In this document: one piece after another, positions 21,730 to 29,184 of the stretch
How the letters are laid out: the number at the start of each line of letters is the position of its first letter
Numbering within the stretch: position 1 is the stretch's first letter
Source: Aureliella sp.
GTDB lineage: Bacteria > Planctomycetota > Planctomycetia > Pirellulales > Pirellulaceae
NCBI GenBank assembly: GCA_963691875.1
Contig: OY829846.1
Span: forward strand, 1,024,001 to 1,088,000
Direction of reading: 5' to 3'
Length of the DNA stretch: 64,000 nt
The notes under the pieces: generated by a model
Seen by the model: the letters and a program-made list of their open reading frames with translations, nothing else
Databases searched by the model: none
Told to the model about the DNA's origin: nothing
Position numbers and translations under genes: made by a program

Positions 21730-22362
21730 CTAAAATGCGGGCTCTGTTGGCCCGCCGACGTCTGGATACAGACTGCCCAGCAAGAACACTCGCGTCATCT
21801 CTGCTGTACTGCGTACATTCAATTTGCGGTATGCGTCGCGTCGAATTCGCTCGATGCTCTTTACCGAAAGCCCCACATTGTTGGCGATCTGCTTATTCGG
21901 TTTGCCATCGGCGGCCAACTGAACCACGCGTCTTTCACGCGGTGTCAATCTCTGGAGCGTCTTCGCATGGTGGATCATGGACGACTTGTGCCGTCTAATC
22001 TCCTGTTTATAAACCACGGTATCAAAGGCATCTTGGAATCGCTCGGTATTTAGCGGCATGGAACAGATCGCTAAAGCTCCTCGTGCCTTCAGCAACTCGC
22101 TTGCATAGGCGTTCTCACCATCCAAGAGCACAAGCACAGGAATATCACGATGAGACAGAAAACTCACGTTATCTAGTCCAGTATTCATCTCCTCATGTGA
22201 GCAGCAAACCACCGCAACGGCTACTGTGCCCTCTTGCAGCCCCTCTTCGGGAGTCCTTGCCAAAGTATAGCGGTAGCCATTCTTCTGCACGTGCTTTGAA
22301 ACCAGAAGTGCTGCCTCCTGCTCTCTTCCGACGATCAGAACATCGCAATTGAATGGATCCAT
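21730..22362 (-). CDS. FixJ/LuxR-type regulator with an atypical (aspartate-less) receiver
   Basis: C-terminal LTPRERRVVQLAADGKPNKQIANNVGLSVKSIE HTH. The N-terminal receiver-like fold lacks the acidic residues. Confidence 0.85.
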   Translation of the reverse strand: MDPFNCDVLIVGREQEAALLVSKHVQKNGYRYTLARTPEEGLQEGTVAVAVVCCSHEEMNTGLDNVSFLSHRDIPVLVLLDGENAYASELLKARGALAICSMPLNTERFQDAFDTVVYKQEIRRHKSSMIHHAKTLQRLTPRERRVVQLAADGKPNKQIANNVGLSVKSIERIRRDAYRKLNVRSTAEMTRVFLLGSLYPDVGGPTEPAF

Positions 22363-22588
22363 TCCTTCAGCTCCATATCAAAAAAGTCTTCTCACTATCG
22401 CCGCTGCTCAGTTTAGAAAAAATCAAACCGTGTTATGCGGCGAATTCGAAGATTCAAATTTGTACATCTAATCACTCAAGTCTTACACACTACCAAAAGC
22501 AATCGACCCGAAAGGCGGCGATCCCTCATGCGTTTATATGACAACGACTGCGTGTATTTCGTATCCAATCTGAGCAACCTCCCGAAAC

Positions 22589-22666
22589 GCGGTTTACCGC
22601 TGCTACATAGAAAAAATAAAAGCGGTTTGCCGCTGCCGCACAAATGGAACAAATGCGGCTTCCCGC
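22589..22666. promoter_or_regulatory. Three GCGG-N4-CCGC palindromes at 33-bp period; putative regulator binding array
   Basis: GCGGtttaCCGC 22589-22600, GCGGtttgCCGC 22622-22633, GCGGcttcCCGC 22655-22666, separated by A-rich spacers. Confidence 0.6.
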
Positions 22667-22859
22667 CGCACGTGAGGGCATGCCCTCGTAAATAACACCT
22701 GCGTGCAACACAACTTCGGGGGAAATCCCTATTCGGACCATGTGACGGAGGATTCTTTGCGGCAGTGCAACTAGCAAACCGATAGGGAACTGCCAGAGGT
22801 GTTGCGTCATACACGTGTATGCCAACACAGATTAAACACCCTTTTAGGAGGAGAACCAC

Positions 22860-23567
22860 GTGTCGATTGGTACCTACGCCACGCACTCCACGTTTTCGAA
22901 TCTGACGCAAACTGGAGTAATACCCAATTCGCCCCACGTATTTCCTGCTGCCCCAAAGTCGAAAGTTTTTGTTCTTTCAAGAGATTCAACCGTCGCCCAC
23001 AAACTAAAGAGTGCAAGCTTTGCAGTTGTGGAACTCGCATCGCTGCGTGATATTCGCATTCAATTAAGCGTAAACACGCCGAGCTGCGTGGTATACGACA
23101 TCGATATTGCTCCCAACGACACCAAGCAAGCCATTGAACACCTATGGCGTTTGGCTATTGGTATTCCCGTGATCGCAATTTCAAACGACAATTCATGCGG
23201 CAACGTGCGAAATGCAATGCGATGCGGGGCTAGCGAGTTCTGCTCAAAATCGTTTGATGGTGAACGCCTGGAAGATGTAGTTGAACGTGCTCTAGATCGT
23301 GATCGCAACGGGAATCCATCGCCCATGGAAGTCCGCAGGCGGATTGCAAGCCTAACCGAACGCGAGAAGGAAGTGATCGAAAACTGCCTTCAAGGTACGG
23401 TGACCAAAGTCATCGCGAAGCATCTCGACGTAACTTACCAAACCATCGATAAGCACCGAAAAAAGGCGCTTAGGAAGCTGGGAGTTGGCTCGATGGTAGA
23501 GCTCTCGAATATGCTCTTCCGCACCACTCTCACATCCCTCGGCTGTGACTACGAATTCAACGCCTAA
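22860..23567 (+). CDS. FixJ/LuxR-type response regulator
   Basis: PSCVVYDID, PVIAIS, AMRCGASEFCSKSF; HTH LTEREKEVIENCLQGTVTKVIAKHLDVTYQTIDKHRKKALRKLGV. Confidence 0.88.
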   Translation: MSIGTYATHSTFSNLTQTGVIPNSPHVFPAAPKSKVFVLSRDSTVAHKLKSASFAVVELASLRDIRIQLSVNTPSCVVYDIDIAPNDTKQAIEHLWRLAIGIPVIAISNDNSCGNVRNAMRCGASEFCSKSFDGERLEDVVERALDRDRNGNPSPMEVRRRIASLTEREKEVIENCLQGTVTKVIAKHLDVTYQTIDKHRKKALRKLGVGSMVELSNMLFRTTLTSLGCDYEFNA

Positions 23568-23657
23568 GAATACAAGAGGCCTCGGACTCTCGAATCCTGT
23601 GGCAATGCGCTCAAAGTCATAATGGTTTGATTTTTAGCGCAAGCAGACAAGTTCAAC

Positions 23658-23689
23658 CATGCCGCCTCTTGGGCGGCATGCTCATTTTT
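23658..23689 (+). terminator. Probable intrinsic terminator
   Basis: 9-bp stem CATGCCGCC-tcttg-GGCGGCATG followed by CTCATTTTT, between convergent genes. Confidence 0.5.
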
Positions 23690-23785
23690 GCGGCAAGCCG
23701 CTGTAAAACCATGGCGCTGCCCCTCCCGATATTTGCGCAGCGGTTTCCCGCCGGGATATATCGATCCCACTCGCAAGGTAGCCGC

Positions 23786-24769
23786 CTAAGCATACGCCAC
23801 TGCAACGGCTCGCTTCATTTTTTGAATTCCAGTTGCAGCAACTTCCTGTGCAGGCTGCTTGTGGTAGTAGGGATTGAACAACTCAAGGCTTAGGGTTCCG
23901 CTAAAGCCGCCTGCAGCCAGGGCGCGAAGAATACGAGTGAGGGGCGCAACGCCATCCCCGGGGTACACCCGATCCTTGTCGCCAATTTGCGCACGTGGCG
24001 GATCAGCCGGATAGTCGTTCATGTGCAGGCAATGCATCTTGCGACCTGGCACCAGATCCATATTGTTGAAGTCGCAGCCGCCTTTGTAGAGATGATATAC
24101 GTCCAGCAGAACACAAGCATCTGGATGATCCGCGCCAGCTGCGACATGCAGCACCTCTTCGAGTCGCGACAGGTTCTTGGAAAACCCCCAAAGTTCAACC
24201 TGCGGCACGACCCCCACTGCTTTGCCCACTTCTAATAAATCGCGATACCGATCCGCCGCAGCGTCGAGGTCCAATCCTGGCTCTCGCGTCGCCCCGGCCG
24301 GCGGCGCGGCGATATGAGTGCCTCCAAGCTCAGCCACAATCGCCATGTCGCGTTTGGCTTGCTCCAAACCGACCTTCCGTTTCTGCTCGTCATCCACAAT
24401 CCAATTCGCGAACGCGATGGCACTATCGACTTTTAAACCCAAATCAGCAATCTCACTCGCCAAGTCCTTGAGCTTGCCGCCTGCTTCAACCATACGACTA
24501 ACGTCACGCAGCCAGATCTCAACGGAGTCGTAGCCTGCCTTCGAGGCAATTTTAATTTGCTCACGAATCATCACATTCCGGCCATTGATCGTGCTGGTGT
24601 TTAAGCAGTAACGAAACTTTGGCTTGACCTGCACCGCTGACTGAGCCATCAGCCCCCCTGCCATCGACCAAGCCCCCAGAGCGGAAGCTCCAGCTAAACA
24701 GTTCTTTAGGATGTGGCGGCGGTCTGGTCCAGCACTCGGCGATGAAAGATTGGAGCTAGGGCTATTCAT
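23786..24769 (-). CDS. Sugar phosphate isomerase/epimerase (xylose-isomerase-like TIM barrel) with Tat signal
   Basis: DRRHILK twin-arginine peptide; AGYDSVEIW, VELWG, LLDVYH, HMND, RVYPGDG, SLELFN. Confidence 0.88.
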   Translation of the reverse strand: MNSPSSNLSSPSAGPDRRHILKNCLAGASALGAWSMAGGLMAQSAVQVKPKFRYCLNTSTINGRNVMIREQIKIASKAGYDSVEIWLRDVSRMVEAGGKLKDLASEIADLGLKVDSAIAFANWIVDDEQKRKVGLEQAKRDMAIVAELGGTHIAAPPAGATREPGLDLDAAADRYRDLLEVGKAVGVVPQVELWGFSKNLSRLEEVLHVAAGADHPDACVLLDVYHLYKGGCDFNNMDLVPGRKMHCLHMNDYPADPPRAQIGDKDRVYPGDGVAPLTRILRALAAGGFSGTLSLELFNPYYHKQPAQEVAATGIQKMKRAVAVAYA

Positions 24770-25062
24770 ATCGGATCGTCTCGGACTTATTAGTAAGGGG
24801 TAGTAATCTGCTCTTGGTTCGAAATGCGGCAGCTTAGCTGAAAGCCAGCATTATCGTCTTGGATTGCTGGCCTGAATGCGTTAGTGTAAAGCAAGCTGAG
24901 GGGTTATGGGTTTCCTTTCCACTGGCCTGCCGAGACTTTCCGCTCCCGTCTCACTTTCTCCTTGGATAACTTGATTCACTCATCGTCTCCATGCGGTTCG
25001 TCCGTTTTCCACAGACATGTCGCGTCCGCACGAGAATATACTACCGAGTTCTAGGACTGTTT

Positions 25063-27093
25063 ATGAATCGCCTGCTTTCCGTCCTGCTGTTGCTGTCAGT
25101 TGGCTTTCTTTTGGCTCCGCCTGCGGCTCAAGCATGGCAAGGTGAATCGACGCAAGGAGCTGTGACCACAGAGCCCGCCGACGAATCGGCGACGGCCGAA
25201 ATTGATACTCTTGAAGAGGATAAAGCAACTCGGGACGACGCTGTAGAGTCGAACTCTGGGCGAGCTCCAGCGATTGAGGAAACGCCGGAAGGAATCGACA
25301 TTTGGATTGATCGGCAGTTCAAGCCGGTCGCCGACGCTTGGGGAGGTTTCGTTCTAACATCCATCCCTGTCGGCTCACAGCGACCAGCGATTGAAAAGCT
25401 TGTTGCTGACGAAGAGGCTGCAGAAATCGGTCTTAGCGATGAACAGATTCAGACTATCAAAGACTTGATATCAGAGCGTGATGCAGCCATCGCCGCCGAA
25501 GAAGATGGATTTAAAAAGTCGGACGTTCTCGAAGAGTTTAACGCCAAGATTATCGCGTCGCTATCCGATGAGCAAACCGCCAAATTCGTCGAGCCTCGCA
25601 ATATCCCAATCGTGCTTCTTTTGCTGATCTTCGGTGCAATCTTCTTCACAGTTGTGTTCGGATTCATCAATGTGAGGAAGCTGCCATTTGCGATCAAAGT
25701 TGTCAGTGGCAAGTACGATCACGTCGAGAAGGCTGGAGCGGCAGACGTCAAACCTGACGTCAACGTGGTTGACGGTGACCTCGTAGACACTGCTCGCAAT
25801 GAGAGTGAAGAAGGAGAAGTCTCTCACTTCCAGGCTCTGGCCACCGCCGTCTCCGGAACGGTCGGCCTCGGAAACATCTCGGGCGTTGCCGTCGCCATCG
25901 CAGTTGGCGGGCCGGGAGCAACATTTTGGATGATTGTCTGTGGCTTGCTTGGGATGTCCACGAAGTTTGTGGAGTGCACCTTAGGTGTGAAGTTCCGCGA
26001 AGTGGATGAAAAAGGCACCGTCCACGGCGGACCGATGTATTATCTTCGAGACGGAGTGAAAGACCACGGCAATTGGCCGCTAGGTTCTTTCCTTGGAATT
26101 TGCTTCGCTACTCTATGCGTCGGCGCTTCTCTTGGTGGCGGGAACGCCTATCAATCCAATCAAGCGGCTGCTCAAATTAAAACCTTGCTTGGTTGGGATA
26201 GCGGCTACGCTGGGGCACTCTGCGGCCTTGTGATGGCAGTCTTGGTCGCCATCGTGATTATCGGTGGTATCAAGCGAATCGCTACGATCACAGAAAAGAT
26301 CGTTCCTCTGATGGCGATCATTTACGTTGTCGCGGCGTTGATCATTATTCTGATGAACATCACCTTCATCCCTTCGGCCATTGTTCAGATTGTCCAAGGC
26401 GCATTCTCGCCAGCTGCTGGATTTGGTGGCGTCCTGGGCGTGATCATGGTTGGATTCCAGCGTGCTGCTTTTTCGAATGAAGCTGGTGCTGGTTCGGCTG
26501 CGATTGCCCACTCCGCTGTCAAAACGAAATACCCCGCTTCGGAAGGCGTGGTTGCCCTGCTGGAGCCATTTATTGATACGGTTGTCATTTGCACTATGAC
26601 GGCGCTGGTCATAGTGATTTTTAATTCAAATGGTTTATTCCAGTACGGAGACGTCGAGAATAAGAATGTTCTGATGAACATGGAGCGAGCAGGGGCCGAG
26701 CTCGAGGCTGGTGACGCGGTGATGCAGCGAGTTGGCGGTGTTGACCTCACGTCGATGGCCTTCGACAGCGTGCTTCCGGGGTTCCGCTATGTGCTCACAA
26801 TCGCGATCATTCTGTTCGCTTTTTCCACCATGATCTCATGGTCCTACTACGGTCTTCAGTCCTGGAAGTACATGTTTGGTAAATCGACACGTGCCGACCT
26901 TTCCTACAAAGTTCTGTTCTGTGTGTTTGTAGTGATTGGTGCTGGAGCAACACTCGACTCGGTAATCAACTTCTCCGATGCAATGATTTTGGCTCTCGTC
27001 TTCCCCAATATGCTTGGCTTGCTGCTGCTGTTCCCGAAGGTACGGCAAGAACTCGGGAAGTACCTCAAGGTAACGGAGTCGGCAGATAAGTAA
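25063..27093 (+). CDS. Alanine/glycine:cation symporter (AGCS family) with N-terminal extension
   Basis: SHFQALATAVSGTVGLGNI, GGPGATFWM, GGPMYY, RAAFSNEAGAGS, EPFIDTVVICTMT, LFAFSTMISWSYYG. Confidence 0.93.
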   Translation: MNRLLSVLLLLSVGFLLAPPAAQAWQGESTQGAVTTEPADESATAEIDTLEEDKATRDDAVESNSGRAPAIEETPEGIDIWIDRQFKPVADAWGGFVLTSIPVGSQRPAIEKLVADEEAAEIGLSDEQIQTIKDLISERDAAIAAEEDGFKKSDVLEEFNAKIIASLSDEQTAKFVEPRNIPIVLLLLIFGAIFFTVVFGFINVRKLPFAIKVVSGKYDHVEKAGAADVKPDVNVVDGDLVDTARNESEEGEVSHFQALATAVSGTVGLGNISGVAVAIAVGGPGATFWMIVCGLLGMSTKFVECTLGVKFREVDEKGTVHGGPMYYLRDGVKDHGNWPLGSFLGICFATLCVGASLGGGNAYQSNQAAAQIKTLLGWDSGYAGALCGLVMAVLVAIVIIGGIKRIATITEKIVPLMAIIYVVAALIIILMNITFIPSAIVQIVQGAFSPAAGFGGVLGVIMVGFQRAAFSNEAGAGSAAIAHSAVKTKYPASEGVVALLEPFIDTVVICTMTALVIVIFNSNGLFQYGDVENKNVLMNMERAGAELEAGDAVMQRVGGVDLTSMAFDSVLPGFRYVLTIAIILFAFSTMISWSYYGLQSWKYMFGKSTRADLSYKVLFCVFVVIGAGATLDSVINFSDAMILALVFPNMLGLLLLFPKVRQELGKYLKVTESADK

Positions 27094-27131
27094 CTCGGTT
27101 CCACACCGCATCCAAGGAATAGGATAACAAC

Positions 27132-28736
27132 GTGAATCAGTCCGCATCCTCTACAGTGCTTACACTGAGGCTGCTGCGCACGCTCAAGGAACGGGGCAAG
27201 CGCATGAAGGTCGCCGATTCGACAGGTGTCAATCTCAGTGGTAGCGACCTGCTGATTCGCACCCTCGCGTTGCGACGTTACCTTCTCAAGGAAATCTTAG
27301 ATCCCGACGAAAAGAATGTCGGGGTGTTCCTTCCCCCAACCGCTCCCGGCGTCGCTACCAACTTTGCACTTGCCCTGGCTGATCGCGTTGCGGTCAACTT
27401 GAACTACACGGTTAACTCGAAAGTTCTCAAGCAGTGTAGTGAATCAGCCGGTCTCAAGCACGTTCTTACAAGCCGCAAGTTCATCGACAAAGTCGGCCTC
27501 GATCCAGGTGCCCCCATGGTGTTCCTAGAGGATGTCAAAGAGCAGATCACCATTGGCGACAAACTCTCCGCTGCTATCCACGGCAAGTTCTTTTCCGCCG
27601 ACAGCCTGCACAAGAAGCTCGGACTGAGTCACCAGACCGCACAAGATCCACTGACGATCATTTTCACTTCGGGTTCGACCGGCGTACCCAAAGGCGTGGT
27701 GCTGAGTGATGGAAATGTGACTTCCAATGTCGACGCAATTGATCACTGCATCCGTCTGAACGAAGACGATGTTGTTCTTGGGATACTTCCCTTCTTCCAT
27801 TCCTTCGGCTACACGGTCACTCTATGGTCGGCGCTGACCCTGCCCTGCGCTGGCGTCTATCACTTCAGCCCACTTGAGGCACGGCCCATTGGCAAGTTAG
27901 CCAAAGAACACGGAGCTACGGTCCTACTTGCGACACCAACGTTTCTACGGAGCTACATTCGCCGCGTCGACAAAGATCAATTTTCGAACTTAGATGTTGT
28001 AGTTGTCGGCGCGGAGAAGATGCCTATCGCTTTGGCCGAAGAATTTGAGAACAAGTTCGGTGTCCGGCCTGTCGAAGGCTACGGTGCCACCGAGCTCAGT
28101 CCGCTAGTATCCGTAAACGTGCCGCCTTCACGTGACAACGCTGACTCGCGGGGTCTAAGGGAAGGAACAGTTGGACGACCAGTCCACCAAGTCCACGCTC
28201 GAGTTGTGTCACCCGACTCGGATGAAACACTTGGCGTTGGCGAGCAAGGATTGCTAGAGATTAGCGGTCCAAACGTCATGCAAGGCTATCTGGACCAAGA
28301 AGAGCTGACCGCCAAAGTCATGCATGACGAGTGGTATCGTACTGGTGACGTCGCGCGCATTGACGAAGACGGTTTCATCGAAATCACCGGACGGCTCAGC
28401 CGCTTTTCCAAGATTGGCGGTGAGATGGTGCCCCACATCCAGATCGAAGAATGCCTCGAAGAGATCGTCGGCATCGACGACGAGGGTTTGCTTCGCATCG
28501 CTGTCACGGCCGTGCCCGACGAGAAGCGTGGAGAGCGGCTGATTGTGCTTCACACCGACATTGATTTCTCTTCTAACGAACTCCGGCAAAAGATGACGCA
28601 GGCGGGACTCCCGAACATCTACTTGCCCGGCGAATCTAGCTTCTTCCAAGTCGACGAGATCCCTGTTCTCGGCAGTGGCAAACTCGACCTCCGTGCTCTC
28701 AAAGACTCCGCCCTTCAGCTTACGGCGACGGACTAG
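27132..28736 (+). CDS. AMP-binding acyl-ACP synthetase-like protein (resembles the ligase domain of Aas)
   Basis: IIFTSGSTGVPKGV, LPFFHSFG, EGYGATELSP, WYRTGD, GRLSRFSKIGGEMVPH, PVLGSGK. Confidence 0.88.
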   Translation: MNQSASSTVLTLRLLRTLKERGKRMKVADSTGVNLSGSDLLIRTLALRRYLLKEILDPDEKNVGVFLPPTAPGVATNFALALADRVAVNLNYTVNSKVLKQCSESAGLKHVLTSRKFIDKVGLDPGAPMVFLEDVKEQITIGDKLSAAIHGKFFSADSLHKKLGLSHQTAQDPLTIIFTSGSTGVPKGVVLSDGNVTSNVDAIDHCIRLNEDDVVLGILPFFHSFGYTVTLWSALTLPCAGVYHFSPLEARPIGKLAKEHGATVLLATPTFLRSYIRRVDKDQFSNLDVVVVGAEKMPIALAEEFENKFGVRPVEGYGATELSPLVSVNVPPSRDNADSRGLREGTVGRPVHQVHARVVSPDSDETLGVGEQGLLEISGPNVMQGYLDQEELTAKVMHDEWYRTGDVARIDEDGFIEITGRLSRFSKIGGEMVPHIQIEECLEEIVGIDDEGLLRIAVTAVPDEKRGERLIVLHTDIDFSSNELRQKMTQAGLPNIYLPGESSFFQVDEIPVLGSGKLDLRALKDSALQLTATD

Positions 28737-28750
28737 CCCGAAGCTTCACT

Positions 28751-29115
28751 TAGTGGGATTCGCCAGAACTCCTGCAGCCCGAGGGTCACAGTGTCGAGCT
28801 AAGAATGTCGAATCTCGTAGTGAGAACCTCAGTTAACCGGCGGTGAGGCTGTTCGCTGAACTTGCCGCTTACAGATTCCGCCCCGCACTAGCAATCTTCT
28901 GGACTGTTCTTAGTTCGTCTTTCGCCATAACGCTCGGATTATCAGATCTGGCTGCTGCTTCACAAGACCGCGTGCTGGGAAGCTAAGACGCAGAGGAATC
29001 CAGGTGCGTCTGGAGGAACAATAGAGCGGCTAAAACCTGGACTCCATCGACTCGTGTGGACGAGAGAAATTCTGATAAATCGCTAACAAGGAGGAATTCT
29101 GACAAATCCCACTAC
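28751..29115. repeat. Inverted pair of GTAG-type REP-like palindromic units
   Basis: TAGTGGGATTCGCCAGAACTCC (28751-28772) and GGAATTCTGACAAATCCCACTAC (29093-29115; reverse complement GTAGTGGGATTTGTCAGAATTCC). Confidence 0.6.
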
Positions 29116-29184
29116 GAGGGGATTGTGGTAAGTTAATGAGTCCGCGAATTGTCTCTTCTCGCTATCCCACCTCGGTCGAATTCC

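Noticed and set aside
22589..22666. Mini-CRISPR interpretation of the 33-bp periodic repeats
   Set aside because: The repeat core is only 12 bp and the spacers are ~21 bp, A-rich and similar to each other. This fits operator sites better.
22476..22937. 153-aa minus-strand ORF and other short ORFs in the inter-regulator region
   Set aside because: They overlap the regulator start and the palindrome array and have no recognisable motifs.
24770..25062. Glycine riboswitch upstream of the AGCS symporter (also checked upstream of sdaA)
   Set aside because: The GGAGA..CCGAAG..CTCTCAGG consensus was not seen.
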